Shown here piece by piece: positions 27,503 to 35,268 of a stretch of 40,167 nt of DNA. The stretch lies in the UHGV virus genome UHGV-1350284; one strand, given 5' to 3'. The position numbers and the translations under genes are program-made. Numbering within the stretch: position 1 is the stretch's first letter; every line of letters begins with the position of its first letter. The notes under the pieces were generated by a model, which saw only the letters and a program-made list of their open reading frames with translations, ran no database searches and had not been told where the DNA came from. Source of the DNA: a virus.

Positions 27503-28320
27503 ACGTACATATCCTGTTTGCGTGCCCACTCAGGGCGTTTAATAACTTCAAATCCACCCCAGTCGCCTGTTTCGCGGCACTGGTGATAGGTATTCAGATC
27601 CCGGCGGTATAGCGCATGCCCTGTGTCCACGTCCTGCGCATCCAGTTCGAACACCCGCACCGGGTAGCGTCCGCAGTCAATGGTTTCGCTCACTGCCAGG
27701 AAGAAGAATCCATGTGGATCGCCGGTGGTTTGCTGCGCGCCTTCGCGGTACATCGCGTCCTGTACGTGGTACCGGAATTCCTCAATGTGGCGCGAGAAAC
27801 GCTCCATATCGGCAACCTTCTTCACGTCCAGCAGGACAGGGTGATTCTTCAGGCGCTTGTCCGGGCGTATGCGGCACAGTTCGCCAGTCTCCGGATCTGT
27901 CCAGTAGTGAGAGGCTTCGCAGAATCCTTCCGCCTCAAGCAGCCATCGCGCTGCCGGGTGCGCCATTGCGCTATCACGCATCAGTTTCAGCTTCCGGCCC
28001 TGTTCGGCGTCCATTACCGTCATGCCCATGTTCTCGACGTCTTTCAGGAAGGCTTCCTGATCTGCTTTCCCCTGGTTGGTTCTCAGGTTGAACTGCGGCG
28101 CCACGATGAAGCGCTTATCGAACTCTTCCGGCTCCAGAAGCAGGCAGTGCAGGGCCGTCCCCATATCCAGAGCCTTCAGCTTTTCGGTATCTACCGGTGC
28201 TGATTTCTGCCACTGCAGAAGGGCCGGGCTCAGCGCCACCATATCCAGCTGTGACTTACTCACGCCGTCGCCGGCGTGGTAGTCCTCGTTGCTGATGTCG
28301 AAGTAAATGCCTGGTGTCAT
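27499..28320 (-). CDS. PD-(D/E)xK exonuclease, RecE (exonuclease VIII C-terminal domain)-like
   Basis: N-terminal GIYFDISNEDYHA motif. D...DVK catalytic motif. Confidence 0.7.
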   Translation of the reverse strand: MTPGIYFDISNEDYHAGDGVSKSQLDMVALSPALLQWQKSAPVDTEKLKALDMGTALHCLLLEPEEFDKRFIVAPQFNLRTNQGKADQEAFLKDVENMGMTVMDAEQGRKLKLMRDSAMAHPAARWLLEAEGFCEASHYWTDPETGELCRIRPDKRLKNHPVLLDVKKVADMERFSRHIEEFRYHVQDAMYREGAQQTTGDPHGFFFLAVSETIDCGRYPVRVFELDAQDVDTGHALYRRDLNTYHQCRETGDWGGFEVIKRPEWARKQDMYV

Positions 28321-28616
28321 GCCGCGTTCCTCGCCGTATCCAGCTGGTCAGCCAGATCCCACTTCGCGATGATGCTGGTCAGCGCGGCCTGGTACGCCGC
28401 GAGAGCTTCTTCGAATTCCGGGCTCATCATCAGTTCTTCCAGAATCTCTGTGCGCACGCCTTTGCGCTCCAGTTCGTAGAAAGGTTTCTGCAGCTGGTGG
28501 TATTTGATCGCGTCGATCAGCTCCACCTGGCGCTCATAGTGCATCTGGCTCAGCTGGTAGTCGCTGTCGATGCTGGTCATGATTTTTTTCAGGTTGTTAA
28601 TCTGCTGAGTATTCAT
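28317..28616 (-). CDS. Hypothetical protein (99 aa)
   Basis: ATG at 28616 with RBS GAGGTG. Confidence 0.55.
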   Translation of the reverse strand: MNTQQINNLKKIMTSIDSDYQLSQMHYERQVELIDAIKYHQLQKPFYELERKGVRTEILEELMMSPEFEEALAAYQAALTSIIAKWDLADQLDTARNAA

Positions 28617-28623
28617 ACGCACC

Positions 28624-29691
28624 TCAGTACTTGATAGAGACTGCAGATACCTTCCCGCTGGCGATGGCGATCAGTGCCTTCTCTGCCATTTCCTGCGTAA
28701 GGCCGCTTTCAATCAGGTCTGCGATAGCCTGTCGATTGATGCTGCGGCGGTGCTCTTTATCAGCGGCCCGGCGCGCTTCTTCTTCCGCAATGCGCTTCTG
28801 CTCAGCCAGGCGCGCTGATTCAGCTTCCTCCTGACGGCGGCGCTCCGCTGCGATAGCAGCGTTCTTTTCCTGCTCAGCTTTTTCCGCAGCGGCTTTTGCT
28901 TCACGCTCTGCTTTCTGCTGGGCTTCAATTTTTTCGCGCTCTGCGCGTTCAGTTGCAGCTCTGGCTTCAGATTCACGGCGTGCAGCAGCATCAATTTCAG
29001 CCTGTGCCTTTTCCTCTGCATCACGCTTAGCTTGTTCAGCGGCTTCACGGCGGATATTCTCTTCACGCTCAAGGCGTGCTTTTTCTTCTGCCTCTTTGCG
29101 TAGGCGATCAAGCTCAGCGGCTTCATGTTCGCGCTTTTGCGCTATTACCAGCGACGCTTCCAGTTGCTGAATAGTTGAATCTTTAGCTACTCCCGCCTCT
29201 GCTGCGCGTTCCTGCCAGCTGTCATCCAGTACCACGGATTTAGCTTCCAGAATGCGCGCCTGAATATCAGCAGAAGGCAGGTAGTTACCGGCGGTGTCGA
29301 TCACGTCAGCCAGCGCACGCAAATCCACAAGGCGCTGCTGCAGTGCTTCGGTGCGTGCCTTTTCAGCATCTTCCCACTCGGTAAGAGGGCGGCGTACTTC
29401 ATCGCGCAGCTGATCGCATTCGGTGACGAAGCGGCGCAATTCAGCTTCAACCACTTTCGGCTGCTCCTTGAGGCGCTTCAGGTAATCCCTGCCAGGTTTC
29501 TCTACAGCAGTTTTGCTGCGTGATACCTGTGCGGCCAGCGATGCAATACGAGCCCGTCCCTTTGCAGTGCTCAGGTCAGGAACTTCGTTTACTCCGGCGC
29601 GGATCTTTTCCAGGAAGGAATCAAGCCCGTTCTCAACGTAAATTGCCGGCGCCATGTCTGGCGCGATTTCGATAATTGCTAAATCAGTCAC
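28624..29691 (-). CDS. Large coiled-coil protein with an E/A/R/K-rich central region (355 aa)
   Basis: GTG start. Globular N- and C-terminal ends flank a long charged helix. Confidence 0.6.
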   Translation of the reverse strand: MTDLAIIEIAPDMAPAIYVENGLDSFLEKIRAGVNEVPDLSTAKGRARIASLAAQVSRSKTAVEKPGRDYLKRLKEQPKVVEAELRRFVTECDQLRDEVRRPLTEWEDAEKARTEALQQRLVDLRALADVIDTAGNYLPSADIQARILEAKSVVLDDSWQERAAEAGVAKDSTIQQLEASLVIAQKREHEAAELDRLRKEAEEKARLEREENIRREAAEQAKRDAEEKAQAEIDAAARRESEARAATERAEREKIEAQQKAEREAKAAAEKAEQEKNAAIAAERRRQEEAESARLAEQKRIAEEEARRAADKEHRRSINRQAIADLIESGLTQEMAEKALIAIASGKVSAVSIKY

Positions 29692-29837
29692 TTATTCACC
29701 CCCATACCCATTTCCGTTTTTGCTGCCAGTTTGCTGACGAACGCCCAGCTGATTGCTTCCGGCAGCGTGCGAAACTTCCAGCTCATCAGCCCGCATGCCG
29801 TAACGCAGTACCAGCCGTTAATGATTTGCCATTGCAT
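29688..29837 (-). CDS. Unannotated small ORF (49 aa), first gene of the leftward operon
   Basis: Translation MQWQIINGWYCVTACGLMSWKFRTLPEAISWAFVSKLAAKTEMGMGVNK. RBS GTGAGGTG 5 nt upstream. GTGA overlap with the coiled-coil gene. Confidence 0.4.
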   Translation of the reverse strand: MQWQIINGWYCVTACGLMSWKFRTLPEAISWAFVSKLAAKTEMGMGVNK

Positions 29838-29850
29838 ACACACCTCACTA

Positions 29851-30002
29851 TTACCATTTGGTAAATATCAGGGGTATGAGAAAACCACCCGTTGGTGGAT
29901 TTCTGGTAATTCAACGCCCTGTTGTTACCGTTAAGGTAATGATCTGATCAATTTATGGCTGTGTCAATAGATTTGACGAGGAAAAATTTACCATTTTGGT
30001 AA
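29851..30002. promoter_or_regulatory. OL-type operator cluster. Three TTACC-N4/5-GGTAA palindromes at 29851-29864, 29925-29939 and 29988-30002, plus the leftward promoter.
   Basis: TTACCATTTGGTAA, TTACCGTTAAGGTAA, TTACCATTTTGGTAA. Confidence 0.6.
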
Positions 30003-30055
30003 GTGCATGAGACGCGGGGAGTTATCCCATCAGGGAGTGACAGGTAAGTTAGAGG

Positions 30056-30637
30056 TTACTGGTTCTGGCTGACGATGAACTTGATGAAGGCGGCGATCTT
30101 GTTTTTCTCTTCCTGCGGCAGCCCGGCGTATTCATGGTGGTCATAGTCAATCAGACCAGCATTACCAGGCGGCAGGATCAGCTCATATGCATCGCGGCCG
30201 AACGCCCTGGCGATAGCCGACAGTACGCCAATGCTGGTGGAGCCTTCGCAGTTCAGGATGCGATTTACGGTCGCCTGGCCGATACCGGCCGCTTCCGAAA
30301 CCTTTTTCTCTGAGTTCAGATCCGGATGCTGTCCCATCCATACACCCAGGGTAAACGCTGCCTGCTTTTCCACACTCCATTCCTGCGGGTCGATAATCTC
30401 CGGCAGCGTCGGGGTATCTGACAGATGGTCGATATCCAGCCAGAAACGACCTTTCCCGGCGAACGACTCGATCTCGCGTGCCGCGTTAGCGCCGATATTT
30501 TTTGTCCCCTTGCTCCACCTGTTAACGAGGTTAGCTGATTTTTTGATTCTCTCGGCAAACCGGAGTTGCGTGTTATCGAAATCCTTCCGGATTATCTCAT
30601 TGAGGTTGTCGCGTCTTATGTCGTAGATGCTTTTCAT
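30056..30637 (-). CDS. Prophage repressor (cI analogue) with two XRE-type HTH domains and no S24 peptidase domain
   Basis: 193 aa. It is flanked by operator clusters and divergent from the cro-like gene. It appears leaderless (no SD sequence). Confidence 0.7.
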   Translation of the reverse strand: MKSIYDIRRDNLNEIIRKDFDNTQLRFAERIKKSANLVNRWSKGTKNIGANAAREIESFAGKGRFWLDIDHLSDTPTLPEIIDPQEWSVEKQAAFTLGVWMGQHPDLNSEKKVSEAAGIGQATVNRILNCEGSTSIGVLSAIARAFGRDAYELILPPGNAGLIDYDHHEYAGLPQEEKNKIAAFIKFIVSQNQ

Positions 30638-30690
30638 TTCTATTTTTTTAGCCTGAAATTGTTACCTAACTGATTAAATTTAATAGAATA

Positions 30691-30757
30691 TTACCATAAA
30701 GGTAAACTTACCAAAAAGGTAACAGTCATTGATTTTTACACCAGATTGGTAATAATC
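30691..30757. promoter_or_regulatory. OR-type operator cluster (TTACCATAAAGGTAA 30691-30705, TTACCAAAAAGGTAA 30708-30722, degenerate third site) and pR extended -10 TTGGTAATAAT (30746-30757)
   Basis: Classic divergent immunity-region architecture between the repressor and cro-like genes. Confidence 0.6.
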
Positions 30758-30791
30758 AGGCTGTCTAAAGTTAGTCCGGGACCAAAAAAAT

Positions 30792-31025
30792 ATGAGCGAT
30801 GTGCAAAAATTTGACTTCAAACGCTGCTGGCTCGACCTCTCTCCGGCTGAGCGAGAAGAGTTCGCAAGTGACGCCGGCACGACCAGCCACTACATTCAGG
30901 TTCACCTGACTGGCCGTAGAAGAATTCCACGTAAGCCTCTGTTAGAAAGACTGTTTAAAGCCTGCAAATCCCGTAAGTGGATCTCCGCAAAATCCGACCT
31001 GGTCCTCTGGTTCCACGAACGTTAA
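30792..31025 (+). CDS. Cro-like / YdaS-family HTH protein
   Basis: 77 aa. Motif ...HYIQVHLTGRRRIPRKPLLERL... Confidence 0.55.
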   Translation: MSDVQKFDFKRCWLDLSPAEREEFASDAGTTSHYIQVHLTGRRRIPRKPLLERLFKACKSRKWISAKSDLVLWFHER

Positions 31026-31150
31026 TCCTCAAAACTCACCCTCGCCGCCACCCCCAGGCGGCTCCTGCCTCTCCCTGTACACCAATTTGGTAATAATTAT
31101 CCAAATACGGTTGATCTTTTTTTGGCTTGCTGCAAAATTACCAAAGACAA

Positions 31151-31375
31151 ATGCAGAAAGATGGCAAGTCGATGAAGCGAATTACCCAGCGAGAGGCCAT
31201 TGAGCAGGGGCTCACCCGGTTCTACACAGGGAAGACGTGTAAGCATGGCCACGACAGCGAGCGATACACCATCAGCGGCGAGTGCGTTACGTGCAATAAC
31301 GAGCGCGCGCGCCGGCAGGCGCAGATGAGATCAGAGCGTCTGAAAGCAGCCAGAAAGGCCAGGGAGGCAGCATGA
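31151..31375 (+). CDS. Small zinc-ribbon protein (motif FYTGKTCKHGH...CVTC)
   Basis: Conserved C-x4-H...C-x2-C. Basic C-terminus. Confidence 0.5.
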   Translation: MQKDGKSMKRITQREAIEQGLTRFYTGKTCKHGHDSERYTISGECVTCNNERARRQAQMRSERLKAARKAREAA

Positions 31376-32433
31376 CGCCTTCAGCTTACTACAACGAGAT
31401 CGACCCATTCGCGGCGCAGTGGCTGCGTAACCTCATAGCCGCCGGGCATATCGCCCCGGGCGAAGTTGACGAACGGAGTATTGAAGATGTCACACCTGAC
31501 GACCTCAGAGGATTTACCCAGTGCCACTTTTTCGCCGGGATTGGTGGATGGTCATATGCTTTGCGTCTGGCCGGATGGCCGGATAACAGACCGATTTGGA
31601 CAGGAAGTTGCCCATGCCAGCCTTTCTCCTCGACTGGCAAAGGCGCTGGGTTTGGTGACGACAGACATTTGTGGCCTGCCTTTGGCTGGCTTATCAAGCA
31701 GTGCCGACCTCAGCGCATCGCTGGCGAACAAGTTGCAGGAGGTCGTGCGGATCCATGGTTCGACCTTGTACAAAATGACGTGGAAAGAATGGGCTACGCC
31801 TTCGGGCTTACGCCGTTCCCGGCTGCGGGTGTCGGGTCGCCGAACGAACGAGAGCGGGCCTACTGGGTGGCCGACGCCAACCTGCAATACGAATCCACAG
31901 CCAGAAACGAAGCGCGGACTGCAGAACCTGTCCGGAGCGGTGAAATTATCTGGCTGGCAAACTCCGCTCGCGAACGACGCGACGGGGTCGACCCATTGCT
32001 ACAGCGGAAAGAACCCGGACGGTACTCCGAAAGTCTGCCTGAAATTACCGGGAACCGCTCTACTGACGGGTTGGGTAACTCCAACGTCACGCGACTGGAA
32101 GGATTCGTCGGGAATGACGGCGCAGCGGGACGGGAAAGATCGACTGGACCAGCTGCCGCGCCAGGCTTACACCTGCGGCCCCTTGAGGTTAACGGTTTTT
32201 GGCGAGATGCGGACTGGCTCTTATGTCGAGATGGCAAATGGCGTCCAGTTGAACCCGGCACATTCCCGCTGGTTGATGGGGCTGCCGCACGCATGGGACG
32301 AGTCGAGCCCGGGGTGGCAAGAGTGGCAAGCAGCAACCGCGTCGGCCGCCTGAAGGGTTACGGCAATGCAATAAACGCCCAGGCTGCTGCGGCTTTCATT
32401 CGCGCTTATATGGGGGTGCAGGATGGCCAGTAG
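31372..32433 (+). CDS. DNA (cytosine-5) methyltransferase
   Basis: Motifs I (FFAGIGG), IV (SCPCQPFS), VIII (GSPNERERAYWVA) and X (GNAINAQAA..FIRAY), all in one frame. Confidence 0.85.
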   Translation: MTPSAYYNEIDPFAAQWLRNLIAAGHIAPGEVDERSIEDVTPDDLRGFTQCHFFAGIGGWSYALRLAGWPDNRPIWTGSCPCQPFSSTGKGAGFGDDRHLWPAFGWLIKQCRPQRIAGEQVAGGRADPWFDLVQNDVERMGYAFGLTPFPAAGVGSPNERERAYWVADANLQYESTARNEARTAEPVRSGEIIWLANSARERRDGVDPLLQRKEPGRYSESLPEITGNRSTDGLGNSNVTRLEGFVGNDGAAGRERSTGPAAAPGLHLRPLEVNGFWRDADWLLCRDGKWRPVEPGTFPLVDGAAARMGRVEPGVARVASSNRVGRLKGYGNAINAQAAAAFIRAYMGVQDGQ

Positions 32434-33187
32434 CTGGATAAAAGTCGAGGTGATCACACCAGACAAGCCGGAGATTTTCCAGATAGCAGAAATCCTGAAT
32501 ATCGACCCCGACGCGGTACTCGGTAAGCTCGTTCGCATATGGGCATGGGCGGATCAGCAGACTGTCGACGGTAACGCTGGCAGCGTTACAAAAGGAGTGC
32601 TTGACCGTATCGCTTTTATTACAGGATTCGCTGATGCACTGATCGCTGTTGGTTGGCTCGCTTACGACGGAAACAAGCTTATTCTCCCCAACTTTGAGCG
32701 CCATAATGGGGAAAGCTCTAAAAAACGGGCACTTACAAACAGAAGGGTTGCAGCACACCGTAAAAATGAAACGCAGAAAGTAACGCTGGCTGCGTTACAA
32801 AAAGCGTTACCAGAGGAAGAGGAAGAGGAAGAAGTAAAAGATAAGATCCCCCCTAACCCCCCAAGGGGGAGGGAGCCAAAAAAATCTTATCCGTATCCTG
32901 AACAGCTCAATGCCGAAGCCTGGGATGAGTGGAAGGCCTACAGGTCAGAAATGCGGTTTAAAGCCTACGCCCCAACTGAACGGAGCGAGGGGGCAGCAAT
33001 CACCGAACTGATTAACCTGTCTGGCGGAAACCACACACGGCAGATGCAGATCGTGAAGCAGAGCATGGCGAAGGGTTGGAAAGGGCTGTTCGAGCTGAAA
33101 GGCGGCTCTGGGCAGCGAGATGTGAACACCATATCCCGTCCGGATACCGAGATCCCGCCGGGATTCAGGGGCGGGCCGGCGCCCTGA
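32423..33187 (+). CDS. Replication initiator / replisome-organiser-like protein (lambda O-like) with an E-rich linker
   Basis: The N-terminal WIKVEV...IAEILNIDPDAV domain and the C-terminal AWDEWKAYR...ELINLSGG domain are joined by EEEEEEEE. Confidence 0.5.
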   Translation: MASSWIKVEVITPDKPEIFQIAEILNIDPDAVLGKLVRIWAWADQQTVDGNAGSVTKGVLDRIAFITGFADALIAVGWLAYDGNKLILPNFERHNGESSKKRALTNRRVAAHRKNETQKVTLAALQKALPEEEEEEEVKDKIPPNPPRGREPKKSYPYPEQLNAEAWDEWKAYRSEMRFKAYAPTERSEGAAITELINLSGGNHTRQMQIVKQSMAKGWKGLFELKGGSGQRDVNTISRPDTEIPPGFRGGPAP

Positions 33188-33230
33188 CAACCAGCGCAGC
33201 GCGGAAGCGCGTTTTTTTACACCTTAATGT

Positions 33231-33307
33231 TTACCAAAATGGTAATAAAATATGCGCAAGACTATTGATGTTGATCCGTTTATGGTTATAAATTACCAAT
33301 AAGGTAA
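33231..33307 (+). promoter_or_regulatory. Two operator palindromes (TTACCAAAATGGTAA 33231-33245, TTACCAATAAGGTAA 33293-33307) with GGTAATAAAAT -10-like elements, upstream of the VRR-NUC/nin operon
   Basis: AT-rich 125-bp intergenic region after the replication gene. Confidence 0.5.
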
Positions 33308-33312
33308 AAATC

Positions 33313-33660
33313 ATGCGAAAGACACTACAGGCACTTGGCCGGCTTAAAGCGGGCCAGATGAACAAAACCGAAACGGCGTATGCGCAAGAGCTTGAGCTGC
33401 GTAAGCGCTACGGGGAAATCGCCTGGTACCGGTTCGAAGGCATCAAGCTGCGTCTGGCTGACAACACGTTCTACACGCCTGACTTCGCCGTGATGCTGGC
33501 AAACGGCCAGATGGAATTGCATGAGGTGAAGGGGGGTTACTGGACCGACGATGCCAGGGTGAAAACCAAAGTCGCCGCCGACCAGTACCCATTCCGGATC
33601 ATCGGAGTAACGAAGCTCCCGGAAAAAGCCGGTGGCGGGTGGAAGGTCGAAGAGTTCTAA
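33313..33660 (+). CDS. VRR-NUC domain nuclease (PD-(D/E)xK)
   Basis: ...TPDFAV...ELHEVKG... motif. RBS AAGGT. Confidence 0.6.
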   Translation: MRKTLQALGRLKAGQMNKTETAYAQELELRKRYGEIAWYRFEGIKLRLADNTFYTPDFAVMLANGQMELHEVKGGYWTDDARVKTKVAADQYPFRIIGVTKLPEKAGGGWKVEEF

Positions 33661-33721
33661 AACAACGATCTTCATTGATATCAATTGAATCAATAAGTTA
33701 AACGGGTAAGCGGGGGTAAGT

Positions 33722-33856
33722 ATGGATTTTGATTTCGTGAATTACAGTCGGCGGTCACTGCTGCTGTTCGTGATGGTGGCAAACATCATTGGTTGGGTGG
33801 CAATCGTCGCCGTCCTGTATGTGGCTTATCTGGCGATCGAGTGGGTGACAGCATGA
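33722..33856 (+). CDS. Unannotated small single-TM protein (44 aa)
   Basis: Translation MDFDFVNYSRRSLLLFVMVANIIGWVAIVAVLYVAYLAIEWVTA. RBS GGGGGTAAG. ATGA coupling to the next gene. Confidence 0.45.
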   Translation: MDFDFVNYSRRSLLLFVMVANIIGWVAIVAVLYVAYLAIEWVTA

Positions 33857-34260
33857 ACATCGAAACAGTAAACGAACTCATTCAGTCACTGGAGAGCGCA
33901 GGCGAGCTGTCGATCAGAGAGCAGAAGTTCCTGAAGCTGGCGAAAGCGTTTAAGCAGCTTGCTGCGGAGAATGTGGGGATGAAGTCGTTTGGTGACAAGC
34001 TGAATGGTATGCATAACGCGCTGAATGGAGAAGGAACAGGTATTCAAGGGCGTGCAGAAGTAGCTTGCCAGCAGGTCGCACTGGAAGCAGCAATTGAAGA
34101 GTTCGACGCTATTGAAACCCCCGCCACCGATCGCATCGTAGCCGGGATTAAGGCTGATGGGGTGGAGGAGTTTGCTTCGTATATTTCGCTCTACAATAGC
34201 AACGCGGAGCGACACGCCATTGATTTTGCCAAGCAGCTGCGCGATGGGGACTGCAAATGA
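33853..34260 (+). CDS. Hypothetical alpha-helical protein (135 aa)
   Basis: ATGA-coupled at both ends. Confidence 0.55.
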   Translation: MNIETVNELIQSLESAGELSIREQKFLKLAKAFKQLAAENVGMKSFGDKLNGMHNALNGEGTGIQGRAEVACQQVALEAAIEEFDAIETPATDRIVAGIKADGVEEFASYISLYNSNAERHAIDFAKQLRDGDCK

Positions 34261-34514
34261 ATGACAACATCAACCACCCGTTACGCTACACAAAGGGTGA
34301 TATCGAGTGTATCGATGCGATTAAGGCCGCTACGGTGGGCAAAACAGGTATTGAGGCTGTAGACGTTGGTCACGTTATCCGTTACCTGTGGCGCTACGAA
34401 GAAAAAGATGGATTGGAAAGTGTGAAGAAAGCCGAATGGTATATTAAGCACCTGATTAAAGAACTGGAAGGTAAGCCCGCCGTTACGCAAGATAATTTTG
34501 GAGATCAAGCATGA
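34257..34514 (+). CDS. DUF3310-like phage protein
   Basis: ...DIECIDAIKAA...VIRYLWRY... pattern. Confidence 0.45.
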   Translation: MNDNINHPLRYTKGDIECIDAIKAATVGKTGIEAVDVGHVIRYLWRYEEKDGLESVKKAEWYIKHLIKELEGKPAVTQDNFGDQA

Positions 34515-35092
34515 CTGATATCACCGAACTGGCGCAGAGCCTGAAAGCGGCAGCAGAGAAGGCCACTCAGGGGAACTGGAGAGCATTCCAATACCACGAC
34601 GGTCGTTGTGGTATTGGCGGAGGCCATCACGATGAAATTATGGTGTGTGAGCACATCAGCAAAGAGCGCCCGCATGATGCTATGTTCATCGCCCTGGCTA
34701 ACCCTGCCAACATCCTCGCGCTGGTAGAGGCGCTGGAGAAGGCGCAGCAGGTGGACGAAGAGCTTTGCAAGCTGCTTCCTCCAGGCGTTGAGTACATGGA
34801 CCCACCAGACGGCGGAGATGTAACACCGCTTGAGGGAGTGCGTCGAATGGTGGCTGATTACCGCCAGCTCATCGCCGAGCTGGAGTCCCGCACCGTGAAG
34901 CTGCCGAAGCCACACGCTCACTTAATCTGGATTCAGGCAGGCCATGCACCAGACGATTACTGGGATGACGTAGCGGTATCTCACAGTGAGAAAGACCGCT
35001 GTTGTGATGGTTCCGAGCGCTACCCAGTTTATGCGCGCTGGGAGATTGAAGAGATGATGTCCGCCGCTGGCATCAAGGTGGAGGCTGAATGA
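34511..35092 (+). CDS. Ead/Ea22-like family protein
   Basis: ...ATQGNWRA... and ...FIALANPANILALVEALEKAQ... motifs. Confidence 0.5.
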   Translation: MTDITELAQSLKAAAEKATQGNWRAFQYHDGRCGIGGGHHDEIMVCEHISKERPHDAMFIALANPANILALVEALEKAQQVDEELCKLLPPGVEYMDPPDGGDVTPLEGVRRMVADYRQLIAELESRTVKLPKPHAHLIWIQAGHAPDDYWDDVAVSHSEKDRCCDGSERYPVYARWEIEEMMSAAGIKVEAE

Positions 35093-35268
35093 TGACGGAG
35101 CGTTGGAAAATTTATCTCACTATTGCATTCATCGGCTTGGGAGCTACGCCGATAAGCATGGTAGCGGCAAAGATTGACGTGCCTGTTTGGGCGCTTATTG
35201 CCGGGCACTGCGGCGCGACTATAGCAGGATTTATTTGCGCAGAACTTGGACGGGGAGCCAGACAATGA
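35089..35268 (+). CDS. Unannotated small 2-TM membrane protein (59 aa)
   Basis: Translation MMTERWKIYLTIAFIGLGATPISMVAAKIDVPVWALIAGHCGATIAGFICAELGRGARQ. ATGA overlaps at both ends. Confidence 0.45.
   Translation: MMTERWKIYLTIAFIGLGATPISMVAAKIDVPVWALIAGHCGATIAGFICAELGRGARQ

Noticed and set aside
31466-32353. 295-aa ORF in another frame across the C5-methyltransferase gene
   Set aside because: All C5-MTase motifs (I, IV, VIII, X) are in the 31372-32433 frame. This is a shadow ORF.
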